Part shown: positions 56,786-64,000 of the stretch, piece after piece
Numbering within the stretch: position 1 is the stretch's first letter
Layout of the letters: each line of letters starts with the position of its first letter
Assembly: GCA_947085035.1 (NCBI GenBank)
Contig: CAMTUW010000007.1
Location: 89,960 to 153,959 of the forward strand
Source: an uncultured Actinomycetes bacterium
GTDB taxonomy: Bacteria > Actinomycetota > Coriobacteriia > Anaerosomatales > PHET01
Direction: 5' to 3'
Length of the DNA stretch: 64,000 nt
Notes under the pieces: model-generated
What the model saw: the letters and a program-made list of their open reading frames with translations, nothing else
Databases searched by the model: none
Told to the model about the DNA's origin: nothing
Translations under genes and position numbers: made by a program

Positions 56786-57835
56786 CTACCTGATCTCGAT
56801 GCGCCCGTCGAGCGGGATCACCTGGAACCACGTTGTCCCGCTGGCGAGCTTGACGGGATTGCCCGCAGCGTCGCGAAAACGCGGTGGCGCTGTGCGATCA
56901 GCCACCCATGTCACGTCGATCCTCCCGCCGTTGCGAAGAATCGTCGCCCTCCCTTTGCCCCCCAGATCGATGTCGTAGGTCACCGATTGGATCTTGTCAC
57001 GGCCAGCCACCGTGTACTTCGCCCAGATGATCACGACATTGGTTGCGCGAACCTGCTTGCCGGACGCTCGGTCCCGGTGGACGTTTCCGTTGTTCCAGCG
57101 CAGATAGCTGTCCTTCTCCGCGTCATATTCCCACCTCACGCGATTGGCCTGCGAGAAGGGGATGTCGACTCGCGCAGCCGTCGGCGTCAGCTCCATGCCG
57201 CGTCGCTGGAAGCTGAGCGCCTCGAGCTCTGCGGTGGTCTTCATCTTGCGCTTCTTCGCCTCCGCGTAGGCCTTCTTGGTGTCGAGCATCAGGTTATGCG
57301 GAGCGCTCCGGTCGGACGCACGCCAATACGGGTACGAGACGCCCACGTCCTGCGAGAGGTCTGACAGACGGGCCGCCCGCACTCTGCGGTTCACCCCTGC
57401 ATTCGCCCCCGAGAAGAAGAACAGCCCATCGTACTGCGGAACGACCCACAGGTCTGATAGGCGCGCGCTCCTGACCGGTCCGAGCGTATCCGGCACACGA
57501 CTGTGGAAGATGCAGTTGAAGCGCGTGATGCCGCCCTCGGCGATGGTCTCGTAGACGACATCGGCGGAGTTGAGACCCAACTGCGGCCTCGAAGCGGGCG
57601 AGTTCTCGATCTTGACTGACAGCGGCCTTCTCGAAATCGCCTCATGACTCGGAGCGTCCTTGCCCGTGTAGGGCCAACGCGGCGGCGTCGGCGGCTTGGC
57701 CACGGTGCGCTCAGCGTTCGCCACAGGCCAAAGCGACGTCACCTCGACGGGTGGGCGGGCGCATCCCGTTGCGAGCAGAGCCGCGACGAGAGACCCCGCA
57801 GCCGCGATCAGGACGTATGTGCGGTTGTGCGACAT
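56786..57835 (-). CDS. DUF3048 (YerB-like) lipoprotein
   Basis: The lipobox 'LLATGC', then '[36 protein letters not shown]', which is typical of the DUF3048 N-terminal domain. The ATG has a GGAGGAG RBS. Confidence 0.75.
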   Translation of the reverse strand: MSHNRTYVLIAAAGSLVAALLATGCARPPVEVTSLWPVANAERTVAKPPTPPRWPYTGKDAPSHEAISRRPLSVKIENSPASRPQLGLNSADVVYETIAEGGITRFNCIFHSRVPDTLGPVRSARLSDLWVVPQYDGLFFFSGANAGVNRRVRAARLSDLSQDVGVSYPYWRASDRSAPHNLMLDTKKAYAEAKKRKMKTTAELEALSFQRRGMELTPTAARVDIPFSQANRVRWEYDAEKDSYLRWNNGNVHRDRASGKQVRATNVVIIWAKYTVAGRDKIQSVTYDIDLGGKGRATILRNGGRIDVTWVADRTAPPRFRDAAGNPVKLASGTTWFQVIPLDGRIEIR

Positions 57836-57968
57836 ATGTCGCTCCTCCTGTTGTCGGTCACTCGCAGTCTAGCCCACCGTGGATACGCTCGACCAACATC
57901 GGCGCACCTCTACCATTGCCGCGGGACGCGGCTCAGGCTTACGATGGGCGGGTCAGAGAGGCGGCCGA

Positions 57969-58181
57969 ATGCCCTGCTACCTGTTGCACATGATCGAAAT
58001 GCCCGCACCGCGCCCTTACGAGGACCCCGACCTCAAAGATCTCGTCGGTGAGATCCCTCAGTTGTTCTGCGCGCACTGCACCCCTCCCCGACCGCTGATG
58101 GCATCCGAAGGCATGCGATGCCTCGACCGTGAGATCCCCTGCTGGAGGCGACCGGAAGACATCTGCCCTCCCACACCCTAA
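57969..58181 (+). CDS. Possible small (70 aa) Cys-rich protein
   Basis: An ATG 8 nt after GAGAGG, high GC3 by eye, and 6 Cys including 'CAHC'. It lies in an otherwise empty 342-bp gap and its 3' end overlaps the convergent lgt stop. It could be a shadow ORF. Confidence 0.3.
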   Translation: MPCYLLHMIEMPAPRPYEDPDLKDLVGEIPQLFCAHCTPPRPLMASEGMRCLDREIPCWRRPEDICPPTP

Positions 58182-59011
58182 CCCACCGCAGACGTACGGC
58201 GACCCTCCTGTGGCAATCGGGTCGTTCGCGTCCAGCGAATCAACGCGACACCCACCACGACCATGGGAACGCTGAGCACCATACCCGTGGTCGCCCACCC
58301 GCCGAAGAGGAATCCCAGCTGCGCGTCGGGCTCCCTGAACACCTCGACGGCGATACGGAAGACACCGTACAAGACGAGCAGCCACCCCACGAGTTCACCT
58401 CGAGGTCGCGGCGGCACTCTGCGAGCGAGAAGCACCATCACGACGAGCAGCACGAGCCCCTCGAGAAACGCCTCGTAGAGCTGCGAAGGGTGGCGAGGAA
58501 CCGGTCCCGCACCGGGGAACACGACACCCCATGGCACGTCGGTCGTCCGCCCCCAGATCTCGCCGTTGACGAAGTTGGCGAGCCGTCCGAACAAGAACCC
58601 GGTGGGAGCACCGATCGCACCGATGTCCCACAGCGTGAGAGTCGGCATGTCGAGCATGCGCGAAACCACCACCCCGGCGATCATGATGCCCACGAGGCCA
58701 CCGTGAAAGGACATCCCGCCATCCCAGATCGCGAAGACGTCAGCCGGATTGCGGAAATAGTGACCATTCCCGTAGATCAGGACATAGCCGAGTCGAGCAC
58801 CTCCGATCACGCCGACGACAGCTGCGAGTAGAATCGTGGACAGATCGTCGTCGTCAAGCGCGAGGCCCCACTGACGAATCATGGCTCGAGCGATGACCGC
58901 GCAGGCGACGAAAGCAGCGACGTACGCGAGCCCATACCAGTGCACGGCAAGAGGGCCCAGCCGGAAGGCTATGGGATCGATGGCCGGAAACGCGATCGAA
59001 GCGAGCGACAT
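58178..59011 (-). CDS. lgt: Prolipoprotein diacylglyceryl transferase
   Basis: 'IHWYGL.Y', 'GGRLGYV', 'WDGGMSFHGG' and 'GRL.NF.NGE..G' motifs. 277 aa. Confidence 0.92.
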   Translation of the reverse strand: MSLASIAFPAIDPIAFRLGPLAVHWYGLAYVAAFVACAVIARAMIRQWGLALDDDDLSTILLAAVVGVIGGARLGYVLIYGNGHYFRNPADVFAIWDGGMSFHGGLVGIMIAGVVVSRMLDMPTLTLWDIGAIGAPTGFLFGRLANFVNGEIWGRTTDVPWGVVFPGAGPVPRHPSQLYEAFLEGLVLLVVMVLLARRVPPRPRGELVGWLLVLYGVFRIAVEVFREPDAQLGFLFGGWATTGMVLSVPMVVVGVALIRWTRTTRLPQEGRRTSAVG

Positions 59012-59014
59012 GCG

Positions 59015-59581
59015 CTAGAACTCCACGCGTGGAACGGCGTCAGCCGCCGGTTCGGCCTCGAAGTACTCCTTGGCGGTGAACCCGAAGGCGCCAGCGACGA
59101 GCAGCGCCGGGAACGACTGGATCGCGGTGTTGAAGGACATCACGGTGTCGTTGTAGAACTGCCGCGCGTACGCGATCTTGTTCTCGGCGTCTGCGAGCTT
59201 CTCCTGCAAATCGAGGAAACCCTGATTCGCCTTGAGGTCGGGATACGCCTCCGCGACCGCGAACAGCGTCTTGAGAGCGCCGGTCAACATCCCTTCGGCT
59301 TGCCCCTGCTCGGCGATACCGTGAGCACCCATCGCGATGTTTCGCGCCTTGACCACGGCCTCGAGCGTCGTGCTCTCATGCGAAACATAGCCCTTGACCG
59401 TCTCGACCAGATTGGGAATCAGGTCATAGCGCCGCTTGAGCTGAACCTCGATCTGCGCCCAGGCGTTACCCACGCGATTGCGAAGTACGACGAGTCTGTT
59501 GAACAGGGCGACCAGTGCGATGGCTATCGCGCCGAAAACAACGCCCAGCCCACCACAAGACACCAAGAACGGGAGTTCCAT
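59015..59581 (-). CDS. lemA: LemA family protein
   Basis: An N-terminal TM, then 'NRLV.LRN.V.NAWAQIEVQLKRRYDLIPNLVETVKGY' and 'AENKIAYARQ.YND.V..FNT'. The ATG at 59581 follows GGAGGGG. Confidence 0.88.
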   Translation of the reverse strand: MELPFLVSCGGLGVVFGAIAIALVALFNRLVVLRNRVGNAWAQIEVQLKRRYDLIPNLVETVKGYVSHESTTLEAVVKARNIAMGAHGIAEQGQAEGMLTGALKTLFAVAEAYPDLKANQGFLDLQEKLADAENKIAYARQFYNDTVMSFNTAIQSFPALLVAGAFGFTAKEYFEAEPAADAVPRVEF

Positions 59582-59702
59582 GAAAGTCCCCTCCAACAAA
59601 ACGGTCCCGCATGCGCGGGCTCAACCACCGAGAATGTTAACACTCCCCGCGACACCAGGACACCCGAGGAGAAGGCGCAACGGACACTCCGGCCACTGTG
59701 CG

Positions 59703-60077
59703 TCAGGTGGATGTCGCCTTCGAATCGATCTCGGCAAGTGCGTCCTCGACGGCTACGACGCCTTCGAGTTGCCGCCTGAAGTACTCGCAGTACGCCTCGA
59801 TCTTGAGGCTCTCACTCATAGGATGCAGCGATTCGTGCGGCACGGACTCCCCGGAGATGATGAGTGCCGCGAAGTCGGAGCCCGGTTCTTCGGCAAGGGT
59901 CCGCATCGCCGCGAGCAGGAACGTCGGCACCACAGCCCCAACGGTGATGGACGTACCGCAGTGCGGGCATACGAAGGTCATGTCGGCGTGCGCGGCACCC
60001 CTCAACACGACAGTGTCGATGTCCTCGAGTCCCACTTCGATGGTGCCGTCTACCGGGCAGGTGACCGTGAACTGCAT
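59703..60077 (-). CDS. Hypothetical 124-aa protein with a zinc-ribbon-like N-terminus
   Basis: The ATG at 60077 is preceded by GGAGG. It contains 'CPVDG...CPHCG'. The rest of the 189-aa ORF upstream is unsupported. I recognise no family. Confidence 0.45.
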   Translation of the reverse strand: MQFTVTCPVDGTIEVGLEDIDTVVLRGAAHADMTFVCPHCGTSITVGAVVPTFLLAAMRTLAEEPGSDFAALIISGESVPHESLHPMSESLKIEAYCEYFRRQLEGVVAVEDALAEIDSKATST

Positions 60078-60291
60078 CTCTCCCGCCTCCGTCCGTCGCA
60101 TGTGTGAAGATTGTACCTCTCCAAACAGATTCGCAGTCAGTGGCATCGACAACCCCTGACGCAATCCACGGACGCAAGAAACGCGCCAGCAGCGGCTTCC
60201 CGCCAGTTCGGGGGTGCGGTAGACTTGCGCGCACCCGGCCCGTGGGCTGGGTGGCCCTCCATCCGCTTTCAACTCCCGAGGTGAGCAGTCA

Positions 60292-61578
60292 ATGGCCCGC
60301 GTCCAGCCGTTCTCAGCATGGCGTTATGCCCGCTCAGACAGTGATCTGTCTGCAGTCACGGCACCTCCCTACGACGTCATCTCTCGGACTCAACGCGAAG
60401 AACTCATCTCGCGCGACCCGCACAACGTGGTCGTCCTCGAGCTGCCAGAAGGCCCGCTCGATCCCGCCCTTCCCGGTAACCGCTACGCACGCGGCAAGGA
60501 GGCCTGGGGCGAGATGCGCGCGACGGGAGTGCTCGCCCGTGACGCTTCGCCGCAACTCTATGTTCTTGAGCAGAGCTACGAGATCGCGGGGCGCACGGTA
60601 CGCCGCCGGGCCTTCATCGCCGAAGTGGGCATCGAGCCGTTCGAGGCCGACGTGATCATCCCGCACGAGCGGACACTTCCGAAGGCGCTTGGAGACCGGT
60701 TCGAGCTCATCAAGGCCACCGGTGCGAATCTCAGCCCGGTCTTCGGCCTGTTCGATGACCCCGCCTGCACGACTGACGTCCTCTTCGACGAGGTCATGTC
60801 TACCAAACCCGTGGCGAGTGCCACCGACGACGACGTCACGAGCGTGTTGTGGGCGTGTGCCGATTCGGATGTGGCCGGACGCCTCACGAACCTGATGGCG
60901 GACAAGCGGATATTCATCGCCGACGGTCACCACCGCTACACCACAGCGCTGGCCTACCGCGACCTTCGCCGCGAGCAGGAGCCAACCTTCGAGGGCGACG
61001 CCCCTTGGGACTTCGTCATGATGGCACTCGTGAGCATGGACGACCCCGACCTCACGGTTCTGCCCTACCACCGGATCGCTGACGCACCCTCACGGCTCGA
61101 TTCCGCACAGTTCTACGAGCGACTCGGCGAGTTCTTCGACGTCACCGAACTCCCGCCGGGACACCCTTCATCGTCGCTGACCCATCTCGAGCGCCAGTCG
61201 TTCCTCGTCAAGACGCGCGATGACGAGCGCGCCCGTCTGGCGGTCTTGCGAGCCGGGATCGACCTCGCCGAGGCGATTCCCTTGGACCGCTCGACAGCGT
61301 GGAAGGACCTCGACGTCACCGTGCTCCAAGAACTCGTGCTGTGGCCGTTGCTGGGAATCCACCCCGACCACCCCGAGACGCTCGATCGTATCTCGTTCAC
61401 CAAGGACGCGCACGAGGCACTACGCGAGACAAGCGTCCACGACGTGGCGTTCATCCTGAGGCCCACTGCGCTCACGCAGTTGAAAGAGGTCTCCTTGTCG
61501 GGAGAGACGATGCCCCAGAAGAGCACGTACTTCTACCCGAAGCTGCCCTCGGGTCTCGTCCTCAGGTCGGCCGAGTAG
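60292..61578 (+). CDS. DUF1015 family protein
   Basis: The N-terminus 'PFSAWRYA......VTAPPYDVIS', 'FIADGHHRY' and 'MPQKSTYFYPK' are the DUF1015 hallmarks. Confidence 0.85.
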   Translation: MARVQPFSAWRYARSDSDLSAVTAPPYDVISRTQREELISRDPHNVVVLELPEGPLDPALPGNRYARGKEAWGEMRATGVLARDASPQLYVLEQSYEIAGRTVRRRAFIAEVGIEPFEADVIIPHERTLPKALGDRFELIKATGANLSPVFGLFDDPACTTDVLFDEVMSTKPVASATDDDVTSVLWACADSDVAGRLTNLMADKRIFIADGHHRYTTALAYRDLRREQEPTFEGDAPWDFVMMALVSMDDPDLTVLPYHRIADAPSRLDSAQFYERLGEFFDVTELPPGHPSSSLTHLERQSFLVKTRDDERARLAVLRAGIDLAEAIPLDRSTAWKDLDVTVLQELVLWPLLGIHPDHPETLDRISFTKDAHEALRETSVHDVAFILRPTALTQLKEVSLSGETMPQKSTYFYPKLPSGLVLRSAE

Positions 61579-61599
61579 CAGCACTCACTCGAGATCTCC

Positions 61600-61818
61600 T
61601 CAGTAGCGCAAGGACTCCCGCTTGATCTTGTGGATCAACACCTCGCGCTCGTCAGTGGTGTAGGAGTCCGGCAACTCGCGATACGCCGCGACGCGCGCAG
61701 AGACCACAAGGCCGTTGCCGATTCGATGCAGCGCCCACAGGAAGCACGTGATCGACGATGCGACGAACAGATCGCGAATGAGCCCATAGATCGTCAGCTC
61801 GTTGTCGTAGTAGTCCAC
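61600..61818 (-). CDS. Small (72 aa) single-pass membrane protein
   Basis: The GTG at 61818 is preceded by GGGGAGGAAA. It has one hydrophobic helix, 'LFVASSITCFLWAL', and lies downstream of the Cys-rich gene on the same strand. Confidence 0.4.
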   Translation of the reverse strand: MDYYDNELTIYGLIRDLFVASSITCFLWALHRIGNGLVVSARVAAYRELPDSYTTDEREVLIHKIKRESLRY

Positions 61819-61887
61819 CGATTTCCTCCCCTCACGTGGCGCGACATGGTGCCCGCCTGCAGTGAGTATGCCCCTCGGTGGCGAGCC

Positions 61888-62130
61888 CTACTCGGCTCGC
61901 GGGCCTCTCGTCAAGAAGAACTCGCAGTACAGACAGATGTCCATGATCGCTGCCTCGCGGTCAACATCGGGGGAAAAGACCAGCTCCGGGTCGGTGGTCA
62001 GCTTGTGCGTGGAGCGCTCGCAATACGCGAAGGCGCACTTCGACGGGCATCGGTCCTTGAAGACGGCTGGGTGTGGGCACTCGGCCTGCATCTCGTCGTC
62101 GCACGCCCTGATTTCCCAACAGCCACTCAT
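61888..62130 (-). CDS. Small (80 aa) eight-cysteine protein, two-CW-domain-like
   Basis: 'GCWEIRACDDEMQAECPHPA' resembles the opening 'CWE..xC....CP' of two-CW domain proteins. It also has 'CPSKCAFAYC' and 'CLYCEFF'. GC3 is high by eye. It is divergent from the FAD oxidoreductase gene. Confidence 0.45.
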   Translation of the reverse strand: MSGCWEIRACDDEMQAECPHPAVFKDRCPSKCAFAYCERSTHKLTTDPELVFSPDVDREAAIMDICLYCEFFLTRGPRAE

Positions 62131-62232
62131 CACTCACCCGATTCCCGTCGCCCACCGTATCGTGGACGCGATTATACACACCGCAAGAATCGACGACGTG
62201 AACTCATCGTCAATCTCACTGCGGCTATGAGG

Positions 62233-62238
62233 TAGAAT
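62233..62238 (+). promoter_or_regulatory. Candidate -10 hexamer TAGAAT, 5 nt upstream of the oxidoreductase ATG (possible leaderless transcript)
   Basis: 'ggTAGAATccgcgATGATG'. There is no RBS between the hexamer and the ATG. The same hexamer occurs upstream of aroC. Confidence 0.25.
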
Positions 62239-62243
62239 CCGCG

Positions 62244-63341
62244 ATGATGACTGACGAGACGGTCCTTCCGACAGAGACATTCGACACGGTGGTCGTGGGC
62301 GCTGGCCCAGCCGGAGTGATGGCCGCATACCACGCAGCGGAGCGGGGTAGCGTACTCCTCATCGACTCTGCACGGCTCCCGCGCGACAAGAGCTGCGGCG
62401 GCATGCTCAACGAGTACTCGCAGGAGTTCCTCGAGCCTTTCGGAGAGATGCCGTCCTCGATGATGCTGGATCCGCAGTGGGTGAACTTCCGCTACCACGA
62501 CTGGGACCGACGAATCCTCAGGCCGACCGAGCTTCGGTTCGCCAACGTTGATCGAGGCGACTTCGACGCATGGCTCGTCTCGCTCCTGCCGACGAATGTC
62601 ACCGTGCGGGCCGAGGCCGCCCTTTTCGGCTACGACGAGAGCGAGCGCTCGGTCCACGTGCGACTGCGCTCCAGCGGCGGCGTTGAGTCCTGCATCGAGT
62701 GCTCCAATCTCATCGGCTGCGACGGACCGCGCTCGACGGTCCGGCGTGCGATCGGTGCCGGTAGCGTGATGACCTATGTGACCCTGCAGGACTTCGTCAC
62801 GCTCGAGGGCGGACTCGAGCCCTTCTTCGACTGCATCTACATGCGTGACATCGGCGACTCGTTCGCCTACGCGTATGTGGTTCCCAAAGGAGACGTAGCC
62901 ATTGTGGGCTCCGTCTTCTACCCCAAGACCAAGCGACCGCACGAGAAGCACGACCAGGTCCTGTCGACACTGCGCCGGACTATGCCGCTCGGCGCCTCGT
63001 CGAAGCGAGAGGCCTGGGTCGCGCTGTCTGTCCGACGAGGTCACGACGTGGTTCCCGGCAGCGGAAGAGTGCTGCTCGCGGGCGAAGCCGGCGGCTTCAT
63101 GTCGCCGACGAGCGGCGAAGGCATCTCGTATGCGCTCAACACCGGTCGTCTCGCGGGGCGCGCCGTCGCGAAGCATGCGCCCGAAGACGCATTGGCCGCC
63201 TACTCGGCCGCAACGCGCTCGATCTCAACGAATATCCGTCGCAAGCTTGGCTGGCTGCCACTCATGGAATCGCGCGTTGGCAAGTACGTCGCCGGCTTTG
63301 TGCCGACTCCGATCGTCTCCCGCGTGACCAAGGGTCTCTAG
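62244..63341 (+). CDS. FAD-dependent oxidoreductase (geranylgeranyl reductase-like)
   Basis: The Rossmann 'VVVGAGPAGVMAAYHAAERG', 'RDKSCGGML' and 'LLAGEAGGFMSPTSGEGI' (GD-like motif). Confidence 0.8.
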   Translation: MMTDETVLPTETFDTVVVGAGPAGVMAAYHAAERGSVLLIDSARLPRDKSCGGMLNEYSQEFLEPFGEMPSSMMLDPQWVNFRYHDWDRRILRPTELRFANVDRGDFDAWLVSLLPTNVTVRAEAALFGYDESERSVHVRLRSSGGVESCIECSNLIGCDGPRSTVRRAIGAGSVMTYVTLQDFVTLEGGLEPFFDCIYMRDIGDSFAYAYVVPKGDVAIVGSVFYPKTKRPHEKHDQVLSTLRRTMPLGASSKREAWVALSVRRGHDVVPGSGRVLLAGEAGGFMSPTSGEGISYALNTGRLAGRAVAKHAPEDALAAYSAATRSISTNIRRKLGWLPLMESRVGKYVAGFVPTPIVSRVTKGL

Positions 63342-63919
63342 CTCTGGTCGTTCCCGCGATGCCAGTTCATGTGCATCCTGCTAGGTGTCGCCTCGACCTG
63401 TCCGAGGTACTTGCTCCCCAGGCCGGGATGTCCGTAAGGCCTGTCGACCCCCGTCGTCATCTGGGCGAAGGATATCTGGCCGATCCTCATGCCCGGAACC
63501 AGCAGAATCGGGAGATTCGCCACGTTGCTGAGCTCGAGTGTGAGCGTACCGTCCCAACCCGGATCGACGTAGCCGGCCGTCGAGTGGATGAGAAGACCGA
63601 GTCTGCCCAGTGAGCTCTTGCCTTCGAGTCGACCCACGATGTCATCCGGAAGCGCGATGCGCTCGACCGTGGTACCCAGAGCGAACTCCCCGGGATGAAG
63701 CACGAAGGGCTCCTCCACGTTGACCACGACACGCTCTGTCAGGCCGGGTTGCTCACGAGCCGGGTCGATGTAGGGGTACCGTGAGTTGCGAAACACTTGG
63801 AAATCCGCCCCCAGACGCAGGTCCACGCTTGACGGCTGGATATCGTCAGGGTCGCACGGGTCGATCACGATTCGGCCCTTGGCCATCTCGAGTTTGATGC
63901 TGTGGTCGGACAACACCAT
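63338..63919 (-). CDS. dcd: dCTP deaminase (possibly the bifunctional dUMP-forming type)
   Basis: 'MVLSDHSI', 'QPSSVDLRLG', 'GKSSLGRLGL' and 'GYVDPGW.G.LTLEL.N'. The start is the ATG at 63919. The ORF track extends to 63994. Confidence 0.92.
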   Translation of the reverse strand: MVLSDHSIKLEMAKGRIVIDPCDPDDIQPSSVDLRLGADFQVFRNSRYPYIDPAREQPGLTERVVVNVEEPFVLHPGEFALGTTVERIALPDDIVGRLEGKSSLGRLGLLIHSTAGYVDPGWDGTLTLELSNVANLPILLVPGMRIGQISFAQMTTGVDRPYGHPGLGSKYLGQVEATPSRMHMNWHRGNDQS

Positions 63920-64000
63920 GTGAAGCCTCATCTCTCGTTTCAGGGCGTCCAGGTCAGGCGCACTTGCTGAAACCGCAGCTCCTGCATACAGCACAGCCGC

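Noticed and set aside
62172-63176. 334-aa minus-strand ORF
   Set aside because: It is antisense to the FAD oxidoreductase, which has clear Rossmann and GD motifs. It has no RBS or motif support.

Overview
All calls below come from reading the sequence and the ORF translations by eye. No searches or computations were run.

The window is a high-GC chromosomal segment (roughly 60-65% by eye, not computed) with about 65 tightly packed genes. Nearly all lie on the minus strand, and many have 1-11 nt start/stop overlaps. The gene content points to a monoderm, probably anaerobic, Actinomycetota-like bacterium with Firmicutes-like core synteny; this is an inference.

**Left ~19 kb: pilus locus.** This is a complete, secretin-less, type IVa-like pilus locus wedged between shikimate genes (aroE ... 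aroC-aroK). In transcription order on the minus strand it contains:
- pilB2
- a Roadblock/LC7 protein
- a DUF4388-type protein carrying MshEN-like motifs
- a small CvnD/MglA-type GTPase
- a membrane protein with a (Glu-Pro)n tract
- pilB1, pilC, pilA, pilD
- three minor pilin-like genes
- pilM, pilN, pilO
- a PilP-like gene

The four-gene GTPase module sitting between two extension-type ATPases, with no PilT in the window, is the best candidate for an undescribed system.

**Rest of the window: housekeeping.**
- yqeG-like HAD phosphatase, an ABC-2 exporter, mltG, ruvX, alaS
- an AI-2E transporter and a SigB/F-type sigma factor with a short anti-sigma partner
- rarA, aspS, hisS, an MBL hydrolase, relA/spoT
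- a 1213-aa RecJ-HIRAN-RecQ-like fusion
- secF, secD, yajC, tgt, then a divergent ECF sigma/anti-sigma pair, queA, queH
- a GDT1-family transporter, folD, an isochorismatase, a superoxide reductase
- ruvB, ruvA, ruvC, yebC, pdxT, pdxS
- a DUF3048 lipoprotein, lgt, lemA, a DUF1015 protein
- a small Cys-rich gene plus a mini membrane gene, divergent from a FAD oxidoreductase
- dcd

I found no rRNA, tRNA, CRISPR array, transposase or integrase. Start codons were refined by eye from RBS and overlap context. The ORF track renders GTG/TTG starts as M.
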